From assembly GCF_009914755.1 (NCBI RefSeq), contig NC_060947.1: a DNA stretch of 64,000 nucleotides, one strand, 5' to 3'. The notes below the pieces were generated by a model. The model ran no database searches. It had not been told where the DNA came from and worked only from the letters and a program-made list of their open reading frames with translations. The stretch is from the human T2T-CHM13v2.0 reference genome, Homo sapiens. Shown here piece by piece: positions 1 through 10,470 of this stretch (the stretch's first letter is position 1; each line of letters opens with the position of its first letter). The translations under genes were made by a program, and so were the position numbers.

Positions 1-235
1 TGTATAGCAACACCCCACTCGTGGTATCAATTTTCTGTCTTAGTCCATTTGGAGTTCTTATAATATAAATGAAAACCTGAGGCTGGGTCATTTATAATGA
101 CAAAAGGTTTATTTGGCTCATGATTCTGATAGCTGGAAAGTTCAAGGTTGGGCATTTGCATCTGGTGAGGACCTCAAGCTTGCTTCCACTCATGACAAAA
201 GTCAGAGGGGAGCTGGTGTGTGCAGAGATCACATG

Positions 236-270
<35 letters not shown>

Positions 271-441
271 GTGTCAGCATCTTTATAACAACCAGCTCTC
301 ATGAGAAGACTGGAATCCATTAATCTCTTCATGAGGGGTCTACCCCCATGACCCACACACCTCCCATTCGGCATCAACTCTAATGTTGAGGATCAAATGA
401 CAACATAAGGTTTGATGGGAATAAATGTCCTATCTGAAGCA
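1..441 (-). mobile_element. MaLR MST-family LTR (36-441) plus the first ~35 bp of its internal region running off the left edge
   Basis: tgtcttagtccattt...atttggctcatgattctg...catgacccacacacctccc is the reverse-strand MST/THE1 LTR pattern; the preceding ccccactcgtggtatcaatttt is the reverse complement of a MaLR-int start. Internal (GA)n at 237-270. Confidence 0.8.
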
Positions 442-2645
442 ATGTGGAATCTAAAAAAAGTCCAACTTGTAGAAACAGAAAGTAGAATGGTCCTTGCCAG
501 GGGTTGGGATCAAAGGTACATGGGGTAATTTTGGTCAGAATGTACTAAGTTTCAGTTAGATGTGATGATTAATTCTGTGGATCTATTGCATAATGAAGCA
601 ACTGTAATTAATGATAATGTATTCTATTCTTGAAATTTTCTAGGATAGTAAATCTTGAATGTTCCCATCATAAGAAATATAATCTATATATCAATTAGTT
701 TGATTGTGGCAGTCATTTTGCAATGTATACATATATGAAAACTACATGGTATGCAATAAATATATATGACTTTTGTTGGTCAGTTATACCTCAATAAAGC
801 TGGAAAAAATTTACAAACATTCCTATGGAAATGCAATGTAATCAGAATAGCCAACACAGTCTTCATAAAAGGAGGACTGGATACAAAAAATGTGGTATAT
901 GTACACAATGGAATAATATTATTCCTTCAAAAGAAGGATATTCTGTCGTTTGCATCAACATGGATGAAACTCAAAGCCATTATGCTCAGTAAGGCAGTCT
1001 CTGAATGGCACATACCACATTACCTCACTTATATGTGAAATCTTAGAAAGTCAGAGACATAGAAGTAGAGAGTAGAATGGTGTTTACCAGAGTTTGGAGA
1101 ACGGGCATGGAAGGGAAATGGAAGATGCTGATCAAAGGGTACAAAGTTTCATTTAGATTAAAGGAATAGGCTTTAGTGATCTATTGCACAGAATTGTGAT
1201 TCTAATAATTAATAATGCTTTGTATATTTCAGAATTACTAAGAGTAGATTTTTGTTGTTTTTGCCGCAAAAAATATAAGTATGTGAGGTGATGGTTTTGT
1301 TAATTAGTTTGATGTAATGATTCAACAAAGTAAACATATACCAAAATGACACACTGTACGTTGTAATTATATACATTTATTAATTGTCAATTAAAATAAA
1401 ACTTATAAATGAAATTTAAAAGGAGAGAAATGTTAGAGGGCTCAGATCTGCCAGCAATTTCAAAAATTACTACAAAGCTATGTGGCAGACCAATGAAATA
1501 GAATTGAGAATCCAGGAATAAACATACATTTATGATGACCAGCCAATTTTCAACAAGGATGTCAAGACTATTCAATGGGGAAATAATAGTTTTTCAATAA
1601 ATGGTGGGTAGACAACTGGATATGCACATGCAAAAGGAAGGAAATTGTACTCCAACATCACAACATATTTAAAAATCATCTCACTATGTGCCAGAGACCT
1701 AAATATGAGCTTCAAATTAATCAAACTCTTAGAAGAAAACTTTGGTGTAACTGTTCGTGATCATTACTTAGGCAATGTTTCTCTACAATAACAATAAAAG
1801 CACAAGCAACAACAACAACAAAAAATAGATAAAGTGGACTTCATCTAAATAAAAGCTTTTGTGGTTTCACAAAAAGGAAAACTCACATATATGAGAAAAT
1901 TTGTGCAAGTCATAAGCTGATAAGGGTCTACTATTCAGATTATATAAAAACTCTAGCAACTCAATAGTTTAAAAATGTTGATCAAAATAAAAAGCATGAA
2001 AATGATTTGAATGAACATTTCTCCAAAGAAGATATACAAATGGCCAATAAGCACATGAAAAGATTCTCAACATTCTTAGCCATTAAAGACATATAAATGA
2101 AAACCACAATGTGTTATCCCTTCATGCCCATTAGGTTGGCTATAATAAAAAAGGCAGAGAATAGCAAGTGTTGGTAGGGCAGGGGTGGATAAATAGAAAC
2201 CCTGTTACACTACTGGTGAGAATGTAAACTGATGCAGTCACCTTGGAAAACAGTTTGTGTTTCCTCAAAACATTAAATATAGAATCACCATGTGATCCAG
2301 CTGTTCCATTCCTAGGTATATACCCAACGATATTGAAAATAAGATTCAGACAAATAATACTTGTATAAAATGGTCATGGAAGCATTGTTGATGATATCCA
2401 AAATAGAGATTGCCCAAATGTCCATCATCTGATAAATAGAAACATAAATTGCAGTATGTCCACACAACACTATTATTAAAAAGGAATGGAGTGTTACACA
2501 TGCTGAAACACGGATGAACATTTACAACTTTAAGCTAAGTGAAAGAATCCAGATACAAAAGGTCACATATCATGTGATTCCATTCATATGAAATGCGCAG
2601 AATGGGTAAATTTATAGAGACAGAATATAGATTATTGGTTGCCAA
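442..2645 (+). mobile_element. Stacked old L1M (L1MA/MB/MC-type) ORF2 3' end and 3'UTR fragments
   Basis: Motifs such as gaaagtagaatgg, tgcatcaacatggatgaaac, ctccaaagaagatatacaaatggccaataagcacatgaaaaga and ccttggaaaacagtttg; at least two separate 3' ends (~442-810 and ~871-1419). Confidence 0.75.
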
Positions 2646-2649
2646 TATT

Positions 2650-3390
2650 TTTGTTGTTCTTAGCTTGGTTTATTCTGCTGTTAATAATTCAAATTCTATT
2701 ATGAAATTTTTGTAGTGAGGTTTTTAGCTCTATCAGGTAAGTTTGCTTTTTTCTTAAAATGACTATTTCATCTTATAGCTCTTGTATCATTTTACCGGCT
2801 TCCTTAGAATGCTTGGATTGCCTTTCAATTCAATTCTGAATCTCAATGATCCTTGTTGTCACCCAGATTCTGAATTCTATGTCTGACATTTCAGCCATTT
2901 CCTTCTGTTAAAGAACCATTGCTGGGATGGTAGAAATTTGCTTTTAAGTTATTTGATGCCCTTGAATTTTTGTGGTATAAGTTGGGTTTATTTGATTGGA
3001 TTCATTTCTGGATGACATCAAGGTCCAAGGCTCAGCTCAGAACTTCTGGGCTGCTTGCTCTAACCCTGGGGGAGTGAGACCAGGCCCAAAGCTTTGTTAT
3101 CTGGCCCCTTAAGATTAAGCACCTGCTGCACTACTGGCTTCAAGGTGTTCCCAGTCCACCGGCAATAATACTCTGATGTTAGGTGCCAGCAAATGCACTT
3201 TGTTGGAGCAGTGGCAGTGTGTTCCATGCTCATTCAGATGCACTGGTGGCAGCAGAGCAGTGGCGATTTGTGGCATGCATGTGTGCCAGCAGCAACAGAG
3301 CAGTGGCATGGTGGAAACTGCATGTATATGATGCACTGGTGATGGTGAAATTTGCACGCGAACATGCTCTCTGGTAGTGGAACGGTGGGG
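2650..3390 (-). mobile_element. Old L1 (L1PB/L1PREC/L1M2-like) ORF1 and 5' region with degenerate short tandem repeats
   Basis: T-rich antisense ORF1-like stretch (2650-2990) followed by repeated gcactggtg/cagagcagtggc units typical of old L1 5' regions. Confidence 0.55.
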
Positions 3391-3466
3391 ATGTCTGAAA
3401 ACACAAAGGAAACCCTCTTCTTTCCACAAGTCACAAAAATGGATGGCCCTCCTCCCCAGAAAAAGT

Positions 3467-3533
3467 TTAAGGAAAAATCTTCCTGCTTCACCACCAGCAC
3501 TCAAAGCTGAAATTTTACTTAAACTATTCCCTG
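3467..3533 (-). pseudogene. NUMT tRNA-Pro pseudogene
   Basis: cttcaccaccagcactcaaagctgaaattttacttaaactattccctg matches the antisense of mt-tRNA-Pro directly upstream of the control region. Confidence 0.85.
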
Positions 3534-4704
3534 AATTCTCTACTTGGAATACAATAATTTTGTTTTAATGGCTATTTCAGTATTAAAAAATCCACAAAAA
3601 TTAATGGCATAATTATGTACATCATGCATTCCTGCTTGCCCACAGGAATCAATGTACCATTACCATGTACGTTTAATCATACACTATAAATCTATGTATT
3701 ATCGTACATTAAATAATCTCTGCTTCCATGAATATCTAGCAAGATCAATATTTTCATAATAATAACTCATTGCACATTCCACTAGAAATGCAACAAGAAC
3801 AAATCTGTATACATGTCTATTGTCCAGTACAGTAAGTCCTTAATATTACATGGGGCATTCATTCATTTGTTGTACGTAGCACATCTTAGTCAAATCATTT
3901 CTTCTCAACATGCTTATGCCCTCCAATTCATCTTCTTAACTACCAAGCTTCAAGAAATCAGCAACCAATTTGGGAAGTTCTACCCTCCTCGCTCTGTACC
4001 CATGACAGTTAGAATTGACTATGTTGATAGTATAGCTGGTATCTGGTTCTTCCTTCAAGGCCATAAACACAAAGATCACTCACTTCTTCCCCTTAAATAA
4101 GATATCTCAAAGTATTAATAACTAATCACCTCATGATCCCTCATGGGAGCACTGCTATGCATTTGGTAATTTTTTAAAAATTGAGTATGCTATGATCCAG
4201 CATGGCAGAAGCCTAAACCCAGCAAACTCAATTGTAGCTGGTCTTGAATAGTATGAGTCAACATTTACAACCACAGTTATTAATTTATTCATTTGTGATG
4301 GAAATAACGATAATGAAGTGCATGTTCATGCATGTTCATACACGATTTTCTCCAAACAATTATCTGATTAAATCCACAAACCCCCTCACCCACCTTACCC
4401 CTAGACTAGTCTAATTTTATCAGATATGTTATTATTCTTTACAAACACCCAAAACCAGAAACATAGATCATCAATTACAGCCAGGGTCCACACCCAAAAT
4501 CCAATTACAATCTCAAATACAAACACATTATAGCCAAACTCCAAATTAATTTAATTTAAAAATACACAATTTTTCTATTAAAAAACAGGCTTCCTTGGCT
4601 TAAAAAAGAATCTTTTATTTGTAAAGTTACTAAATATTGTCCCAAGAGAATCACAGCAATCCAACCCTTCATTTTTAAATCAAAAGGAAATTCTCTAGAT
4701 CCAA
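3534..4704 (+). other. NUMT mitochondrial control region (ETAS, central conserved domain, CSB-like blocks)
   Basis: ETAS-like tatgtacatcatgcatt (3614) and tatgtattatcgtacatt (3693); central domain ctcctcgctc..., atctggttcttccttcaaggccat, ttccccttaaataaga, tatgcatttggta; CSB2-like caaaccccctcaccc (~4377) and CSB3-like caaacacccaaaaccagaa (~4442). Confidence 0.9.
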
Positions 4705-4776
4705 GTTAATGTAGCTTAATTCATCAAAGCAAGGCACTGAAAAATGCCTAGATGAATACACATGATTCCATTAACA
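4705..4776 (+). pseudogene. NUMT tRNA-Phe pseudogene
   Basis: gttaatgtagcttaa...aaagcaaggcactgaaaaatgcctagatg...ccattaaca. Confidence 0.93.
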
Positions 4777-5714
4777 TAAAGTCTTGGTTCTGACCTTTTA
4801 TTCATTTATAGTAAGATTACACATGCATGTATACACATCCCAGTGTGAATGCCCTCTAGATCATTTAATATCAAAAGGAACAGGCATCAAGCATGAATAA
4901 CAGCAGCTCATAACACTCCCTGTAAGGAACAGAAGTGACCAAAATTAAGCAATAAACAAAAGTTTGACTATGCTATACTAAATTTCTAGGGTTGGTAAAC
5001 TTTGTGCCAGCCACCACATCCGTGCAATTAATCCAAACTAATAAAACCCAACATAAAGCGTGTTAAAGGTAACTCTCTTAACAAAGTTAAACTTTAACTA
5101 AGCTGCAAACAGCTCCAGCTGAAATAACAACAAACTATGAAAGTGACTTTCATAGTATCATGAGAACACAATAGCTAATGCCTAAACTGGGATTAGATGC
5201 CCCACTCTGCTTAGCCATACGCTCAAATAATTTAACAAAAAAATTATACACCAGCGTACTACAAGCAATAGCTTAAAAATCAAAGGAATTCATGGTGCTT
5301 TACATCCTTCTAGAGGAGACTGTTCTATAATTAATTAACCCCGATACACCCTACCATTTCTTACCACTCAGCCTATATACCACTATCTTCAGTAAACCCC
5401 AAAATGGTCTTAAAGTAAGCACAACAATCTACATAAAAATGTTAGGTCAAGGTGTAGCCTATGAAATGGAAATAAATGTGCTACATTTTCTAAACTTAGA
5501 ATACCCGTGAATCCTGAAGGTCAAAGGAGGATTTAGTAGTAAACAAAGAATAAAGAGCTTCATTGAATAGGGCCATGAAGCATACACACACTGTCCATCA
5601 CCCTCCTCAAATATTCCAATTAACCATATATTAATAATTAACATAACCTTATACATATATAGAAGAAATAAGTCATGACAAGGTAAGCATACTGGAAAAT
5701 GTGCCTGGAATAAT
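4777..5714 (+). pseudogene. NUMT 12S rRNA pseudogene
   Basis: Conserved 12S motifs aagattacacatgca, tgtgccagccacc, aaactgggattagatgccccac, gttaggtcaaggtgtagcc, aagtcatgacaaggtaagcatactggaaa. Confidence 0.95.
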
Positions 5715-5781
5715 CAAGTGTAGCTTAACTGAAAGCAGGTGGCTTAAACCCAGAAGATATCATATGACATGACCACTTTGA
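5715..5781 (+). pseudogene. NUMT tRNA-Val pseudogene
   Basis: caagtgtagcttaactgaaagca...cccagaagat...gaccactttga lies between the 12S and 16S copies. Confidence 0.88.
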
Positions 5782-7522
5782 ACCAATGCTAGCTCTAACT
5801 TTAAAAACTGTATTATCAACTTTTTCTAAACCAAAACATTTATCCAAAACAAAAGTATAGGAGATTGAAATTAACTTATTTAGGCTGTAAATAAAGTACT
5901 TTAAGGGAACCATGAAAGAATAATTACAAATACAGAAAGGCAAAGATAATCCCTTCTAACATTTGCATAATGAATTAACTAGTATAATATTACTAAGAGA
6001 ACTTTTTAGCTAAAATCCTTGAGACCAGAGGAGCTACCCATAGAAAGTCAAGAGAACACACTCATTTATACAGCAAAATAATGAGAAAATCAATGGGTAG
6101 AGGTAAAAGGCCTACCGAACCTGGTGACAGCTGGTTTTATCAAGATAGAATTTAAGTTTAACTTTAAGTTTACCTATAGAATTGTCTAATCCTATTGTAA
6201 TTTTATATGTTAGTCTAAAGGGGGACAGCTCTTTAGATGTAGGAAATCACTTTTTCACTAACGGTAAGACACAAAACTCCTTTAGTTTGCCTAAAAGCAG
6301 ACACCGATTAAGAAATCATTGAAGTTAAACATTTGAAACCCCTTAATTTCAATCACTACATCTAATTTCTAACACTATACTGGACCAATCTATTTTTAAA
6401 TAGAAGAAATACTGTTAGTATAAGTAACAATAAATAATTGTCTTTGCATAAGCTTAGTCTTTGCGTAAGCTTAATCTTTGCATAAGCTTATGTCAAACTG
6501 GAAAATCCACTGAGAGTTAATAATCCAATACAGATAATCATATTATAAACTTTTTATTGTCCCAATTGGTAACCTAACACACAGATGCATTAAGGAAAGA
6601 TTTTAAAAAGTAAAAGGAACTCAGCAAAATCAAACCCTGCCTGTTTACCAAAAACATCACCTCTGACATAACTAGTATTAGAGGCACTACCTGCCCAGTG
6701 ACATAAGTTTAACAGCCACAGTATCCTGACCATGCTAAGGTAGCATAATCATTTGTTCCCAAAATGGGAACTTCCATGAATGGCCTCACAAGGGTTTAAT
6801 TGTCTCTTACGTTTAATCAGTGAAATTGACCTATCTGTGGAGAGGCAGAAATATTTAAGTAAGATAAAAAAAACCTTATGGAGTTTCAATTTATTAGTAG
6901 AAATAAACTTATAAAAAAGCCTTAATAGGTCTTTTTGGGAGTAATTATTTTTATTTTTAAATATCTAGTGTACCACCATGGCATGTATTCTTTAAATTTT
7001 ATACAAACAAGCACATTTTTTCAGTGTTTTGATGTATTTTCATATTTTTCTAACTTAGACGTGTAGGCAATACATTTTATCTAATGAACCAAAAATTTTG
7101 GTTGGGGTGACCTCAGAGCATAACACAACCTCTGAAATGATTTCAGCTAGGACCACACTAGTCAAGGTAATCTATTACACATTGACCCAAGTAGTTTGAG
7201 CAATGGAACACGTTACCTTAGGGATAGCAGTACAATCCTATTCTAGAATCCGTATCAGCAATAGGGTGTATGACTTCGATATTGGATCAGGATATTCCAA
7301 TGATGTAACTACAATTAATGGCTCATATGTCCAATGATTAAAGTCCTATGTGATCTGAGTTCAGACCAGAGTAATCCAGGTAAGCTGCTATCTATTCAAT
7401 ATTTCTCTCAGTACAAAAGGACAAGAGAAACAGGGCCCACTTCAAAAAGTGCCCTCGAGTTAATAGATGATATTATTTAAATCGAATACACTATTTCTAC
7501 ACCCTGTCCAAGAATAGAGTTT
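5782..7522 (+). pseudogene. NUMT 16S rRNA pseudogene (with a ~135 bp foreign insertion and a 17-bp triplication)
   Basis: cctgtttaccaaaaacatcacctct, aaggtagcataatcatttgttcc, ggttggggtgacctc, gatctgagttcagacc. Confidence 0.95.
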
Positions 7523-7588
7523 GTTAAGATGGCAGAGCTGTAATTGTATAAAACTTTATAATCAGAGGTTAAATCCCTCTTCTTAACA
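7523..7588 (+). pseudogene. NUMT tRNA-Leu(UUR) pseudogene with anticodon-arm deletion
   Basis: gttaagatggcagagc...taaaacttt...cagaggttaaatccctcttcttaaca; one copy of the AAAACTT direct repeat is missing. Confidence 0.9.
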
Positions 7589-7590
7589 GC

Positions 7591-8587
7591 ATGTTTATAA
7601 TTAACCTTCTCCTATTTATTGTCCCTGCCATTCTCATCATAGCAGTGTTAACATTAAATGAAAGAAAAATTTTAGGTCACATATAACTTTGTAAAGGTCC
7701 TAATATTGTAGGCCCATACAGACTACCCACAACCTTTTGCTGACACAATAAAACTATCCATTAAAGAGCAACTATGACCACTAACATCATCTATTCCCCT
7801 TTATATTATCACTCCATCCCTCACCTTCACCTTCATGCTCATATATGAATCCTTCTCCCTATACCCACCCCTTAATTAATATGATTATAGAAGTATTATT
7901 CATCTTAGCCACATCAAGCCTAGCTGTCTACTCAATCATATGATCAGGATGAGAATTCAATTCAAAATATGCATCAACTAGTGCATTGTGAGTCATAGCC
8001 CAAACAATTTCATAGGAAGTTACCCTGGCCATTATTCTCTTATCAGTACTTCTGATAAGTGGGTTATTCACCCTCTCAACTCTTGTCATCACACAAGAGT
8101 CTGTGTGATTACTTTTACCATCATGAGCCCTGGCCATGATATGATTTATTTAAACCCTAGCAGAAACCAATTGAGCCTCATTTGATTTAAAAGAAGGTGA
8201 GTCAGGGCCAGTCTCAAGCTTCAACATCAGATATGCTGCAGGGCCATTCACTCTATTCTTCACAGTAGATATTATTATAATATTAGTATAAGAGAATAAA
8301 TGCCCTGGTGGTTATTATTTTTCTAGGAGCACGACATGACATCTTCACATTAATTGTAATTATATACAATTAATATTATATACAATTAATACAATACAAT
8401 TAATTTCACCACCAAAACACTTCTACTAACACCCTTGTTTTTAAGAATTCAGGCATCATACCCACAATTCTTAGATGATCCACTTATACATCTCTTATGA
8501 AAGTATTTTCCACCCTTTACACTAGCCTTACACATATGACACATTTCAATGTCCATCTTAATATATAATATCCTGCAACAAACATAA
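7591..8587 (+). pseudogene. NUMT ND1 pseudogene, full span, frameshifted
   Basis: Starts atgtttataattaacctt (MFMINL in the mt code); aaaggtcctaatattgtaggcccatac (KGPNIVGPY), gcccaaacaatttcata (AQTIS), ctagcagaaaccaa (LAETN); ends caaacataa. Confidence 0.93.
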
Positions 8588-8655
8588 AAAATATGTTTGA
8601 TAAAATAATTACTTTGAGAAAGTAAATTGTAAAGATTAAATCATCTTATTTTTAG
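8587..8655 (+). pseudogene. NUMT tRNA-Ile pseudogene
   Basis: aaatatgtttgataaaa...ttactttgagaaagtaaat...tcttatttttag directly after ND1. Confidence 0.8.
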
Positions 8656-8734
8656 AATTATAGGAATTAAAAATATAAAAAATGTAGAAATTAAAATTCA
8701 AAATTATCTGTGTTACCTAATACACCTTATCCTA
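8652..8734 (-). pseudogene. NUMT tRNA-Gln pseudogene (heavily degraded)
   Basis: tagaattataggaatt...ttcaaaattatctgtgttacctaatacaccttatccta, in the Ile-Gln-Met position. Confidence 0.7.
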
Positions 8735-8735
8735 C

Positions 8736-8804
8736 AGTAATGTCAGCCAAATAAGCTGTCAGGTTCATACCCCAAAAATGTTGGTTTATATCCCTTTCAT
8801 AGTA
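8736..8804 (+). pseudogene. NUMT tRNA-Met pseudogene
   Basis: agtaatgtcagccaaataagctgtcaggttcataccccaaaaatgttggtttatatccctt. Confidence 0.9.
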
Positions 8805-9349
8805 ATTAACCCCCTGATGTGCCTTATCATCCTTTTCACTATTTTTACAGGGTTTAATTACAATAATCAATTCACAGTGACTCCTAATCTGAATAGCGTT
8901 AGAAATAAATATGCTGGTTATCATCCCTATTCTAATATAAAAGGTTAACCCCTGCTCCACAGGAACAGCCACCAAATATTTCCTCACACAAGCAACCACA
9001 CCCATAATTCTAATAATAGCCATTATTATCAATATAATGTATTCCAGACAATAAAAAATCACAAATATACTGAACCAAACAGCATTCCTAGTAATTATTG
9101 TGGCTCTAGTTATAAAACTGGGACTGTCCTCCTTTTACTTTTGAGTTTCAGAAGTAACACAAGGAGGTATAATTCTTCTTACATGACAAAAAGTGGCCCC
9201 AATTTCCATCATGTTCCAAATCTCAATGGACCTAAATATACCATTAACAATTGCAGTACTATCCATTTTAGTAAGGGTTTGAAGGGGGCTTCATCAAACA
9301 CAATTCCAAAATATTTAGCCTATTCATCAATTGCACCAAACAGTGGCTG
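8805..9349 (+). pseudogene. NUMT ND2 pseudogene, 5' half only
   Basis: attaacccc start; gccaccaaatatttcctcacacaagcaacc ([10 protein letters not shown]), gaagtaacacaagga (EVTQG), acatgacaaaaa (TWQK), ttagcctattcatcaatt (LAYSSI), after which similarity stops. Confidence 0.92.
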
Positions 9350-10284
9350 TCTCACTGAAGTCTCAATGAGGTCCTAGCATGGGGCTCGAGCTGGGGGACA
9401 GGGTAGGTGTTCTCAGCCCAGGCTCCTGGCCCCAAGCCACCACAGCTTATCCCTCATAGAGAGGTGGCACACTTGATGTTCTAGGGAATGGTCTCCTTGA
9501 AGGCCATCTTGCTTGTCTGAGTGGATATGAAGAGAGGACCCACTTTCCACCATCCCACTCCCTTAGTTGGAGAGATTCGTGGTTTTCTAAAGGCACTCTG
9601 TAAATACATTATCACAAGACACTTGTCCTTTTCCAACCCTGTGTGTGCCCTCCAAGTGGGTGAGCCATTTTTTGTAACTTGAGACAAATTGACAACCTAG
9701 TGAAATTAAGACCCAAACTGAGAAGCCCTTTGTGTATTGTTTTGTTTTTCTTCAGAGGAACAGAGAAATGCTGCCAGGGCTAGAATGCTATAATATTATG
9801 AAGGGGACACTAAACTCAGGCAGGTTCATTCAGACTGGTGTTAGGTTTGTAAAGTAGTGAAGCTGAGTGGGAACACTTTCGCAAATAGAATATTCTGAAA
9901 ACCTTATTGAACTCTGCACTTTGGGGTACATAAAGCAAATGATCAGGCAGAGTAAAATAGAGCTGAGAGAAATTGCCCTTATGTTTGACTGCAGATCCAA
10001 CCCTTTAAAAAAACAGCTTATAGCACTGTGATCTTCATCCTATATTGGAGTTCCAATTTTATTATATAAATGCCCAAAGAATTCAACCTAACTGACATAC
10101 TGATACTGTGCTAGGGCATAACTAGGTCTCTGAAATATAATCAAATGATGACAGAGAATCCTAAAATATTAGCTGGTCAGAAAACTCAGTCTTTATTTAT
10201 TGATAAGAAAAATAAAAATAAGGCATGCTGATCGAGCAGTTTAGAGTTTACCAAAACCTCTCACATGTTGTGAATTTGATATAT

Positions 10285-10470
10285 GCAACAACACTCTGCA
10301 TAAGCAGGTGAGACAGATACTGTTTTCACTTTAGTTTGGCAGATGAGGGAATCGCACCCAAAAAAAAAGAAGTTGCTTGCTTAAGTTCACATGTTTACTA
10401 TAGGGTGAACCCCCATATCTGATCTCATATAGATTTCACTCCAAATCCAGGTATCTTTCCACCACACCTC
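10285..10470 (-). mobile_element. MIR SINE
   Basis: ttttcactttagtttggcagatgagggaa...ttgcttaagttcacat...tccaaatccaggtatctttccaccacacc, the antisense MIR core. Confidence 0.65.

Larger units (their letters stand above)
3433..9349 (+). other. NUMT (nuclear mitochondrial insertion), ~5.9 kb, tRNA-Thr 3' end to mid-ND2, spanning the control region
   Basis: Colinear mammalian mtDNA gene order Thr-Pro-CR-Phe-12S-Val-16S-Leu-ND1-Ile-Gln-Met-ND2, with frameshifts, CpG loss and local duplications, flanked by nuclear repeats. Confidence 0.97.

Noticed and set aside
3115-3504. Overlapping Cys/His-rich ORFs near the NUMT left junction
   Set aside because: They arise from degenerate tandem units in an old L1 5' region; there is no domain or splice support.
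5461-5475. MOTS-c-equivalent start in the NUMT 12S copy (atgaaatggaaataa)
   Set aside because: It reads MKWK-stop, so the peptide frame is dead.
6441-6490. CRISPR-like or functional repeat arrays (also 15258-15305 and 39351-39394)
   Set aside because: These are only 2-3 adjacent copies without unique spacers, in eukaryotic DNA: ordinary slippage duplications.
3433-9349. Genuine mitochondrial genes or mtDNA contamination
   Set aside because: Frameshifts in ND1/ND2, broken tRNAs, a foreign insert and nuclear flanks show it is a NUMT.
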